Made by a program: the position numbers and the translations under genes. Positions 1 to 24,800 of a stretch of 64,000 bases of DNA are shown here, piece by piece; within the stretch, counting starts at the first letter, position 1; each line of letters opens with the position of its first letter. The notes under the pieces are model-generated. The model ran no database searches and was not told the DNA's origin. It saw only the letters and a program-made list of their open reading frames with translations. The stretch lies in assembly GCA_964270895.1 (NCBI GenBank), contig OZ185436.1; one strand, given 5' to 3'. This DNA comes from Podarcis filfolensis (lineage: Eukaryota).

Positions 1-442
1 CTCCATCTCATCCTCCCCACCCCCTGCAACCTGCAATGCTCCTATGACAGGGACCCAAGCACTGGGTGTTTGACGGGCATCATCAGGAGCGTGAAAGGGA
101 TTGTTTTTGGTTCTTAATTAGTCTTAGACTTCCCACTGACAGAGAAACAGCCAGGTAAGTGCACAGACAGATGGGATGGGATAAGTTCTCCTCAGGCTCA
201 GATTTTAATCCAAACTGAGGTATTCCCAGAAGTCATAATGCTTGCCTCAAAAGTAAGTTGAGCATTATGGATCAGTGAGGCCCACTCTTCGAATCAAGGA
301 ATTATGAATGTTGGTGACATTGATGATACATTTCCGGTGTTGTATGCTGATAAGCTCTGTGAACTCTTCAGATACCAAGAGTTCTCCCTTGCCGTTTGTA
401 CAGATCTTGAAAAATCTGCCAGCACTCACTGCCCTTGCCCTA

Positions 443-12841
<12,399 letters not shown>

Positions 12842-13244
12842 GGCGGACCCTTCGCGGAGACGGAGCTCCCAGCCCGGCGGCGGCGGCGGCCCCTCCGTCG
12901 GGTCTCACTCCTGCCAGTGTCCAGTTGGGCGCCGGCGCCGCGCCGGGCAGCAGCGACAGCCGACACCGGCTTCGCCTCATTCCCCGCAGGCTCCTCCTCC
13001 TGCCTACGCTGCAGCCCCGCGGGGTGGAGCCTGCCCGACGGACCCGACTTGCCCCGCGGAGCTTCCTCGCCGCCTCCGCGTTTCGCCAGCCAGGCCGCGT
13101 CTTCTTCAGCGCCGCCCTCGCTTGGCAAAAGTTCCAAGTGTAAGGCAGTGTTTTCTCCCCCCCCCCCCAGTCCGCGTTTCTTCCTATTTATTTATCACAT
13201 TTCTATACCTTTTTCTTCCAAGGTGCTAGACAGGGTTCCATAGC

Positions 13245-13390
13245 TTCTCCCAACAACCCTGTGATGGAGGCAAGGCTAAGAGATGGTGAGCAGCCCAAGG
13301 TCACCCAGTGAGCTTCATGACTCAGTGGGGATTCAAACTCTGGTCTCCCCCTAGGTCAGTCTAACACTCTAACCATTAGGTCATGCTGGC
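13245..13390 (-). mobile_element. tRNA-derived (MIR/Squam3-like) SINE
   Basis: caacaaccctgtga..aggtcacccagtgagcttcatg..ggattcaaac..tctaaccatt pattern (rc of a tRNA-like head). Confidence 0.6.
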
Positions 13391-14034
13391 TCTTTTTCCC
13401 CTTTTTTGTTTGCTGCAGCGGGTTACTGGCTTATATGGATTATGCCTGGTTACCTTATCCTCTGCCTGCAGCTCCCCACACTAATGCACATTGTTGACAC
13501 AAAGGAGCAGGAAGGCAGAGGGAGAAATGGGAGTAATGGCAACATGCAGCAGCAAGGCAAGGACCTCCCTGGTCCAAGACCAAGCAAATCTACATTCAAG
13601 CCCGATCTTATGTATGTACAGTATATTCAGGCCTAGGGCCCACATTTAACCCAAACACGCATTTGGGGGCCCTTTTCTTAATCCTTTCCTTTATATTTGC
13701 AAGGTGGTAGTCTTCCTGTTGCAACCAACCTTGGATCTGGGCCCCACCACTTGAAGACCAGCGATGTATTTCTTTTAAAAAAACAAAAACCCAGTGTTCA
13801 ATAACAATTTGCTTCCAGGCAGGTGTATAAAGATTATAGCCTTACAGTAATCCTATAGGATTACAGCATACATTACTCCTCTACACCCACACGACTGTTT
13901 TCTAAACTTATGGTATTTCCTTCAAGTATTTTTAGAGTATCATTTTTTAATTTTATTTACTATAATGTTGCGAGCAAGCACAAGTTGCCCGAATGAAAAG
14001 GGACCGGTGGCATAGCTTCCATACCAAACTGGTA

Positions 14035-14276
14035 CACTGGTACCTTGGGTTAAGTACTTGATTCATTCCGGAGGTCTGTTCTAAACCTGAAACTGTTCTT
14101 AACCTGAAGCACCACTTTAGCTAATGGGGCCTCCCACTGCCGCCGCACCACCGGAGCACAATTTCTCTTCTCATCCTGAAGCGAAGTTATTAACCCAAGG
14201 TACTATTTGTGGGTTAGCGGAGTCTGTAACCTGAAGCGTCTGTAACCTGAAGCATATGTAACCCAAGGTACCACTG
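14035..14276. mobile_element. Tc1/mariner (Tigger-like) MITE
   Basis: TA flanks; TIR CA(C/G)TGGTACCTTGGGTTA at both ends; same family as 28334-28559. Confidence 0.85.
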
Positions 14277-15080
14277 TACTTGTAACAAATCAAACACTGT
14301 GACCCAAGGGACTGAAGCAGTATAAGGCAACTATTAATGTGTAGGACTAATGTTAAATTCATTACAACCAAGAATAGGATAAATACATGTAGAAAATTTG
14401 ACTATGTGCCTCAAAACAGAGAGACTTCACTACTAAAAGTTATGGTGCATTATAGCAGTGACTAAGATGTTTGGGACACCATTCATTCCATTTCAAATGC
14501 TACTTTTCTTACTGTATGCTTTGTATTTTGGAATGAAGCTATACTAAACAACCCCCTGAGCAAGTTTGATGATTTCTAGATCACAAGCCTATAGAGCAAA
14601 CTGAAGACATTTGAATTAAGAGTTCTGAAAATAACACTGGGGATTCATTTTATACAAATGGTCTTCTAGGTGCTGGTAGCTGCCAAATCACTAGAATTCA
14701 GGGATAACCAACCCATGCTTTTCCTTGGTTGACTTTTCCTAATATAAATCTTGTTCAACTCCCTTTCACAGCCACAATAAGCACACAAAGGACACATGAG
14801 TACTAGTGGCCACACAAGCTTACATAATTTTTTGGTTTGTAAAAGCTATTTTAGGAAAGTAGGTCATGATAAATCCCATGCTTTACCTGTGAACTGGACT
14901 AATACAAGACAAACACACACAGTGACTGCACTGTAATATTCCTTTGGGGAAATGGCCCATAAAAATGTGTACCGGCTTCACCTGCAATATTACATCTTTC
15001 AAATGGGTTCCATGCACATACATTTCAGATAATGATCTTATTGGTATTGATTTATGGAGTCCTAACATTTCTTGATTCTG

Positions 15081-15086
15081 TTTATT
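15081..15086 (-). terminator. Candidate ISY1 polyadenylation signal (AATAAA)
   Basis: AATAAA on the minus strand ~770 nt past the ISY1 stop; use not verifiable. Confidence 0.45.
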
Positions 15087-15851
15087 GAAACCTCCCTCAC
15101 TCATGTGATAAAGCAGATTCTGGCAGCTAAGAGGCTTTAGTCTCATGACTTTCCCATAAAGAAATAGACGTATTTTCAAGCCACAGTGAAAACTATGAAC
15201 AAATGTGTCTACATAAAAATTGTTTTACTGAAAAGATCCGCGTGATATTACAAAGGTGAAACAGTATTTACAATATAAGTTGCTGAAATATCCAGCATTT
15301 CAGAAATCCAACCAAGTGGGTGTTGACATCGAGCTTTGAGCATGCTACATAAAGCTGTATTAGTTGTGCAGAGCGCTTCAGTTCTGCTGTGAAGTCAAAC
15401 ATTAAAAAACAACAACAACAACACACTGCAACAACTGCCTTCAGTTCTGTTCCAAATTTGTAGGCAGTTAGGGTGAGCAGCTAAATATGGCTTTATCTAA
15501 ATGCTGTTGTATTTTACTGAGACTGGAGAAGCATACTGGAATGCTAATCTCTAATTTAAGAGAAACTGAAAATGCCAGAAATTAAGCAAAAAGGAAAGCA
15601 GCTAGAAAAGGACAACTCAAAGGCAAGCTGGCTAGTTATTTTGAGTTTTGACTACTGAAGCTGAAAACAAAAAATTGTACAGAATAGGGCAGAGTAAAAT
15701 GCTTGCAGTGAAATGTGCTTAGGGAAAGAAATCACCCTTTGTTTCCAGCATTTGTAAAGTGTACATTATTTTTGCAGAACCAATGTGCTTTAAGCAACTG
15801 CTCCCAGGATGCTTTAGGATGGATTATAAAACAGAACTGTCTCAACACACG

Positions 15852-18800
15852 CTACAGTCCTAGAAGTCTCTTAGCCTCTTCACTTTGAGCCATAAGAGCT
15901 TCACTGGCATACTTCTGAAGAAGTTCCATCTTCTTTCTTCGGACAAGAGCTTCTTCAATCTGCAGATTAAAAACATTCAGCCTTAAAATAAAGTACTGAA
16001 ACTTCACAGATTGCAAATGATTTAGTAAAAATAGCTTATACGTACATGCCGGCAACGAAAAGGAACTACCTAATGAAAGCTTTGAAGAGAGGTGTCAAAA
16101 GATTATTGCTGTGGCCAAAGTCTGATGTTCCTTGACCTAAGTTGCCAGTGACTTTTAGGATGCTGTATCACCACTTTTCCAGAACTGATACAAACTCTCC
16201 TTGCAAAGATGCTGAGGTATCAGGGTGCATTCAACTAACCGGATGTGCTGGTGGAAGCCAGGGCAAGAACTCACTAGTGCAGCAGCACAATACTTTCCTT
16301 TTCATTGCACATTATGCTCAGAACCTTCTGAATTGGGGCTGCAGAAAACCAGTTTACTGTTTCATTGCAACAGGCACATTATGGTTTGCTGCAGCCCAGA
16401 AACAGAAGTTCTAATTTACTGAGTGGGAGGAGCAATGGAATCCCAAGGCTCATTCTTGTAACACTTAAGCGTTGTTTCACATGGTTATGTCTGAACAACC
16501 CCTTTATAGTTATCAAAGTGCAAAATGATTCTCTTCTGAGATACAAACACTTTCTGAACCTTAGTCTGGCTTTATTTTTCAGCTAAACTGTATATGTTTG
16601 CTCCAGTTATTTCACATAAATTTGCAAAATGCACTAATGAAGTCAGGAATGACAGAGAAAACACAGTAGCCGCAAAAAGGTGCCACAAAACGTTTTTTCC
16701 TGGAGTAGGCCAACGTAGCTATTCCTCTGGAAGTTCAATGTACCTGTACAACTTTTATTTTCTATTTGTTCCTTACCTCTTGTTGTGATGGCACTGGGAC
16801 ATGAGCAATAAACTTCTGCTGACTGTCCTCTCCTTCTTTTTCCTTTCCGCTTTCTTCATCAGACTGCAATACATTTAGAACATTCAGTTTATGCAACCAC
16901 ACGCATCATGCCAGTGAAGAAAAAGTCAACACCAGGCGCCTGATTTTGTTCTAGCTGGACTGTCCACACTCCTGCCACAAAGCCAATGAGCATCAACTGT
17001 CCTGTAGGAAAGAATATCAGGTGCTGGGCAGTAGATAGGAGTGTACCTTGCTCAGAGAAAGGGAAGCAGTTTCAGTTTGGTGGGAACTGCTTCTTGCTCC
17101 CTGTGCTGTTCTTTGAGGTCACCTCCAACACAGGGATCACAAAGCCCTTTGCAATCTTCCCCATGCTCTCCTTTACACCTCCAATGTCAAGGTGCAAAGG
17201 AGAACGGAATACATCACAGAGGGCTTTGAAAGCCTCCCCTCATTTCTCCTTTCCAGCCCTGATGCTGGAGGTGATAAGGTGAAGTGCATGCATGGAAGAA
17301 GTAAACGAAGGAAAGAAAGTCTCCCCTTCATTCCCCACTCCCACTTTGAGAAGCGCTGGGTGGGGGGAGTCTACATCTTCCTGCTGCACCCATTTTATAC
17401 AAATTCAGACAACACGCATTGGGCTGAGCTGCTTTAAAAATCAGATTTCTCCAAAGTTGGAAAATATGTGAGGTTTTTTGTTAACTACATTTCCTAACTT
17501 GGTCAAATGCAAACTGACTAGCTTTCAAGTTCCATTATAAAAAGCCAAAGTGTTTTCTTTAAACCACACAAACACACAGCCATAAGTCCACAGCAGGCTT
17601 CATGCATGCTCTGTGTGTAAACAGTACACAGCAGGAAGCACAGCCTAAATCAAGACTTGATTCATCTTGATGTTTCATTCCAAATTCAGAAACACACCCC
17701 AGCTTCTGACAGTCACATTTTATCCACGTAGAAAAGAAATTGCACTTATCACATACATAAAGACACTGAAATGCACAGACACTGAAACGGGCAGGCCTAT
17801 CCAAGTTTGCTAATGTTTATGCCACTCTGCCTTTTACTGTTAATGAATTCTTCTACATTCATGGCATGCTGTTATTAGCAGAACTGAAACCAGCACAATA
17901 CCTCATCATCATTTACTGCATAGATGTTTATTTCCTCCTCCTCTTCTTCTTTATCACCTCTTGCAAGCCGTGCTTCTCTTTCTGCTTTCCATTTTTCCAC
18001 TGCTTCTGCAATAACTGGGCAAGTAAAAAAAGTAGTACTTTATGTTTGGATTTTAAGAGGTTGACCGAATTCAATTCAAAAAGCACCAGCTCTTTCATTT
18101 CAGAGTCAATTATAAGAGTCAACTTTTGATGAATCCACAAACGTATTTATCAGTTTTTACTTGCACTGTTTGAACTTTGCTTCCTTGAGAAGGGAACAGT
18201 AGCATTGGAGAAGGCATTTAGAAGGGTACAATTAGCAGAAACTTACAGCAATCCTACAAAGAGTTATGGGCAGGGTTTTCTCATGTTCTACTTACAACAG
18301 ATTGGGCTAGAAATAGGGGTGGTGGGTATCCAAGAGTGTCACTCAGTTGATAGCCTTCTGTCAGCTGAACAGTAAGGGAAGCATCCCTCCTGCCCAGCAC
18401 CTGTCCCCCATTTTGATTCAAGTCTGCAGCACACATTACTCAACTTTATCCAGATAGAAACTGACCATGTCTCCCTCTAAACCTTGCTTACCTTTTACCC
18501 AGTGCTATGATAAGTTCTGAGAAAGCCTGAACTTTATTATACTTTAAAATGGTTTACTATACTTTAAAATGGTTTGCCTTTCCTGTACTGCATACATAAG
18601 GAATTCTTTCAAGTTTATGAAGTGTGACTCCTGTTCACAAAAGCTAGGCTGACTTCACTAGCATACATTTGTATGTGTTCAGTTTTTAATACTATTTTTA
18701 ACAACTCATTAAGGAATGAAGTAACCTCTAGGTTAGATTACGGCAATGGGACTGCCTCTGAAGATGGTTTGCAAACTTCAGCTAGTGCAGAATTCAGCAG

Positions 18801-21800
18801 CCAGGTTGCTCACTGGGGCAAGGTGGTCTAAGAATATTACATTGATCCTGGCACGCCTGCACTGGCTACCAAGGAGTTCCCAAGCCCACAGTGCTGGTTT
18901 TGACCTACAAAGCCTTAAATGGCTCAGAACCACAAGCAATTCTGTGCTGCTGTAACATTTACAGTTGAGTGAGAGTACCACAGTAGGTTGGGGCAGCTCT
19001 GGATCCATTTCTAGCAGTGGAGATTCTATCAGGGAGTGTTTGTTCAAGATGGAAAATACTTTGCTGCAGGAAGTTTCAACCTCCCTGCTTCCTGCATTTA
19101 TAGCACCATCTACTATAGGCCAGGAATCAGGCAACAAGCAAGCTTGATACCATCGTTGGAGCACCAGGGCAGAGAAAAAGGCAGAGAAAAACTAGAAATT
19201 AGTGCTGTGGAAAACAAGCTACCAAAAACCAGCCCCTGCATATTTAAGAGAGTCTTTTCCAGCTTGCCAAACTTTGCGATATAGCTCCAGAACTGGGTGT
19301 TCCAGAACTTGCTGCCAAATCTAGCTTTTCAGAACTGTCTAAAAGAGACCTGTTCAAACATGTCACAATTCACTGTTCTCTCCTTTAGCTGAAGTAAAAT
19401 GTTCATACTTTCTGGATCATCATTTCTGCCTTTGGCAAAATAAATATTTCAAGCAGACTATACAAAGAGACTTCAAAACCAGGGACCATAGTTAGAAAGG
19501 AGAAAAAGAACATTATGTGTATCTTAAAATTTATGTATGTAATTAAAAAACACACTTGAACCACACCTGTTGTTTTATATGCCTTCTGTACAAACAATGC
19601 AAGCATCTAGAAAAAAAGTGAAGAAGTTACTGGAAAACACAATGGGTTTACTAATACCAAATTGTAGTTCATAAACATATGCAAATTAACTTGGAGGTAA
19701 GTGTCATTGGGACCAATGGAACTTACTTCCGAGTAAATATTCATAAGTTCAGACAGCTTGTATCATCATTTGATACAGTAACAGGCTGAAATGAGAAGAG
19801 TACAGCAAGACTCAAAATTGTGAAATGAGAATGATACTTATCTGAACACTAGGGTTTAGTCTCAGGAAATGAAAGGAAGGTTGATACAGCCATGGTGCAG
19901 GATCAAAGCACACTTGGGAAAGGCATGAACTTACTGTGGAGAACTGATGAATGCTACTTTCAGAACCATGTGCTACTTATATGCCAGTTTGTCATCAGTT
20001 GAACAGGTGTTGAATTTTATACTCTTAGATATGTAAGAGTAATTCAAGAAGTTCTAATTTCTGTAGAGATGTACAACTCTTCCCCACAATAAGGTCTACA
20101 GAGCCTAGCAAGCCATATTCTCATAATGTACAGCCTTCAAACCTCAAACCCCAGGTAATGTAGTATGTCAATGAAATTCTTCTGATAAAACAATCTAAGT
20201 AAAATTACTAGTGTATTCATTTTTCAAAAGGCAATAACCAATCTTCTGAACTCAATAAGCAAAACAGCAGAAGATTTATCTTACTTAAAAGTACCAAAAT
20301 GGTGGCAAGAAGGCAACTCTGTTGGGGGATAGTTCATGTCAACTTATAATGCTTTGACATAATCAACAGCAGCAGCTTAGTTATTTCCTTCTAGTAGCTC
20401 ATCTAATTTTCTTGAGGCTGATTTCTTTCCAAAAGACTTGAATTAATTTCCTCTGTCCCCATGTGATTATCATCAGCATAACCGAAGATCTATTTATTGG
20501 AGCGAATTGCCAAGGAAGCAGATCCAGATGAGGGAACAGATAAATTTCAGATGTATTTTCTGAATAAAACAAGACCAATATCACTAGTACGTACATCTGA
20601 CTGCCTTTTAGGAGGAAAAAAAACCTGCACTTCTGTAGCAGAAAAGCTCCAATACTGATTAACTCAATTTTTTTATTTAATAATGTATATACCACTTTAT
20701 GCAAAAAAACAAAAACCTTCAAAGCGGTTTACAAAAGATAAAAATAATCCGTTACAGACTTTTAAAAACAACCACTAAAACAGCAAATTAACGTGAATTT
20801 TACCATCTAACAAGACTACTGATCCATAAAATGAAAGCAATAATCAATGTACTGTACTATAAAATAAATAAGACAGTATTGAAAATGATATTTTTTTAAA
20901 AAAAAATTCTTACCTGCACTGATGATAGTCATTTATCTATTTCCACAGTCACACAATCAATCAATCAATCAGTCGCTGGACTGGGTTCCACACAGTCACA
21001 AAAACAAAAGTGCCAAACTTAATTCATTCTGCAAGTCTGACTGACTTTCCGAAATGTTCTAAAACCAAGGTGCAGCTTCTGATTGGTGAAGGTGCCCTGG
21101 AAATGATAGCTGACAACCGCATTGGGTGTTCAGCTTCCGGAAAACGTTAAAAAACCAGAACACTTCCGGGTTTTGGGCGTTTGAGAACCAAGGTACCACT
21201 GTACTTCTTTGTCTTACAGGTAACTAGAAGTAGGGTCTCCTGTAAAAGACACTAAGCAAAGCAACAACCGATCTGAGGTTGACCATGCCTACCTTTCCTT
21301 TCATGTTCCTGCTCCAACGGTTCCAGGACACCATCATCCTCATCTCTGTAGCCATAGTATTCTGCATCAATAGCCTTCATGAGTTCAGCTCGTGTCTTCC
21401 TGGGAGGAGGAAGGGCTGAAGGAACAAATGCAAAGTCACTCTTCACCCAAGTAAGAGAAAATGGAAGCACATAGCTTTACCTGCTATGACTAGCTAGTCA
21501 TTAAGATTTAACTAAATAGCCAAGGACACCTACAGTATATTCAAGCCACTGGGTAAAACATGCCAGCAATGACTGTAAGAAAGAGGAAATTCCAGCCCTA
21601 CCTGGAGATGCCAGGGCCTATTCCATCAATGTTTCTAAATTAATACAGTAAATTTTAAATAAAAAATAAACAGTAGCAATTGCACTGCAATAATTGAGCA
21701 GGGCAATCAGTTGCATATGTATTTTCTCCCCCTCTTACCATTTGCATTAAACTGAGGGGAAACTACTGGAAAATAACTCCCAACACGTCTTATGGGAAAA

Positions 21801-24800
21801 CGTGTGCTACTCTGTAAAATTTTATACTCGATTTAATTTCTCTATTCATAATGAATTGAAAATGATGTTTAAAATAACCTTTGTAAAAAAACAATAACCC
21901 AGAAGCTTTTCTTTTGGGAATTATAGGGACAGAACTACCTAAATTGTATAGAAATTTATTTATGTATGTGACTATAGCAGCAAGAATGCTACTCGCCCCA
22001 AAATGGAAAGAAGCAGAAGTCCCAGCAAAGGAAGAATGGATACAAAAACTTATGGAACATGCAGAAATGGCTAAACTTACCAGAAAAGTAAGAAATCAAG
22101 ATAACAAACTTTTTATAAAAGAATGGAAATGGTTTATTGAATATTAACAGATAAAAACATTGGCAGGATTACTGTAATAACCTGCAGTTTCATAAGAGTA
22201 TATATTTAAAGTAGATAATTAAATGAGCAAATTAAATGAATTTGGATATGCAGGAGATATTAAAAAATAAATTTAAGGAACCACAGAAAGAGGGGGAAGG
22301 AAGTCAAACTTTGAAATGTTAAAAAGTCATACTTTGAAATAGGAGAACACTTCAATCTCCCAGGACATTCTATACAAGATCTCAAAGTAGCTGTATTACT
22401 ACAAAGGAATTTCAGAAATAGACTGGAAAGAGAAGCTGCTGAATTGCAACTCATTACCAAACTTAAAACCATGGAGAGACCTGGTCTGAACAAAGACATT
22501 GGATTCTTATCTCATTATACATGACAAAGCCATTTTTCACCTTCTCACCCCTTGCTTTTTCCTGTAAGACCTATTGCAGTCGTTAAGAGTCGTCAACAGG
22601 CTCATCACAGCTATCTGCCAATCACCCATTCCCACCACCCTTCTGAGTAATACCCCTCCCCACCTTCTCACTATATAGAAGGATCTGGCAACTTCTGTTT
22701 CAGTGTATCTGAAGAAGTGTGCATGCACACGAAAGCTCATACCAAGAACTAACTTAGTTGGTCTTTAAGGTGCTACTGGAAGGAAATTTTTTTTTGTTTT
22801 GAAATGTTAAAATGATTGTAAAATTAATGAAATGTATAAATAAAAACTTTTTAAAAAGATTTAATTTTTCGAATGCATATGCCACATGCACAAAAATACT
22901 TACGTTCTTTTTCAAAAAGCTCTCTGACCCCAGGCAAATCTTTAGCAGCTCCAAAATATTTGTAACCCCTGTTTCCTGGAACTTCTTTCCCTTCATGATC
23001 AAGCATTTTGGGACCAATTCTCTTGAGGGGGAAGAAAGGGGTAAAAGCCACAGTGCTTAGTATTTCCTCTTGTGTGGCTGATTAGACAGAACTTGTGAGT
23101 ACAGGCAGTTTCATGTGGTTTGGGCAGACCGAGATTGGCATGGTCAAATCTGGAGAACTTCACACAAACTATTTATAACATGGAAGACCCAACAATACAT
23201 TTGAATTATTGAGTTACCTATGTGGATATCCACTTACACAAGTCTTGGAATAACTGGGTAAATTTCCTTCATGAGTGTAAATCACCCCATGATGAGCTAA
23301 TCACAAGGTCAACCAACGTGGTTGCTACGGTAATGGCCCAGTGCTCAGACTATATCTGTGATTAATATGTCAGCTCAGTAGTCTGTTACTCTGTAGTTTA
23401 TCTGTCTGTCTGTCTGTCAGTCAGTTAGCCAAGTTACTTGTTCAGTGTTATGTCTTGAATTGCTGAACTTATTTAAAGCAACAGAGATACCTTGTACTTG
23501 TAGGTATCTGTATCTGGAAAAGCCCACAAGCTGTATCTATCCATGTCCAGAACTGTTTTACTGAGCCTTATCTTCTGCAACAGTATACTATCTGAACCTT
23601 TCTCTGCTTCCGTGTGGTGAATGGTATTGAGAGCCACTGTGTGGGTATCTCACCTGAGATTCCCAATGATAAGAACCAGGCAGTGGTTATTAATTAGAAC
23701 AGAGAAATTTGTATTGCGTTTGCACTTTCCTACATACGGATCTAATAATTTTTATATACTTACTGCATAATCGGGTCCTCCTAGCTCCTTTATCCGGACT
23801 TCCCAGTGCCCCTTTTCTCTTAGGAGTTTGTTAATTTCATCATTCAAGTCACGAATTCTGAATTCACCTAAGCCAGCTTTTTTAAAGGAAATGGGAGGGA
23901 AATAACTATTTCAGTCATTGATATACACTCTCTATTCTGAATTTTTCCAGGTACTGTAGGACAGTGTTTTTCAAACTATCTGATGTGGTAGATTTCTTTC
24001 TACCCCACAATGTAGAAAGGGAGCAGGGCCATATTTGATCCCTGAAGTGTCCTACCCAACCTGGATTGAGGTGGAATTACGCCAGAGTAACAGCTGATGG
24101 CTCATGAACCAGCAGCGATCCATGGACCACCACTTTGAGTAGCACTGCTGTAGAATACTGCTCATTCATATTGCTTTATTTCTCTCTGTCACATGAAGAC
24201 ATCAATCCCTCTGCTTTCTGCCCCTCCATTAGGAATATTAACACTGCCCCTGCATTAGGAACTTACCATTTTGAATTTGTGCCACTTTCTTGGAAATTTC
24301 ACCAATAATCTGTTTAAAAAGAGACATTATACGACAATTACTTTTTTCCTCAAATCAGCAGCATCTATGTATGCTGTATGACGCAATACCTTTAAAAAGT
24401 TTTTGTTTAATGAATAATAATTTTAAAGCTATTTGTTTAAGGTACTGCGTCATGCAATCATTATTCAAAAAGAGCATTTCCAACATTTTCTCTCCCATGA
24501 CCTAGAAATGGTTTCGCAGACAACCAATTTTGACAATTCATAGATTTAAAACTTTGGAACTGTTTTGCTAAACTACAACAGCTGGTTTGTAGTTTAACAC
24601 AATGATGCCATGGTGTGCATAGGCCTAGCCCTGCCACTAGCCAAAGTGAGCCCCTTGCCTCAGGTAGCAGACTGGGAGGAGGAACAGAGCATGCTCCTCC
24701 TTGCCACAGCATCATCCGTGACAAAGCAGAGAAATACATGAGTACTGTCGTACCTTCAAAGTTGAACAGAATCCATTCCGGAAGTCTTCTAAAACGTTCG

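Noticed and set aside
18538-18575. 20-bp tandem duplication TATACTTTAAAATGGTTT
   Set aside because: Simple local slippage; two units only.
19749-19769. C box (ATGATGA) and D box (CTGA) on the ISY1 sense strand
   Set aside because: Only ~12 nt apart, too short for a C/D snoRNA, and no terminal stem.
23071-23734. TG..CA bounded segment as a solo LTR
   Set aside because: No TSD, terminal inverted repeat or second copy found.
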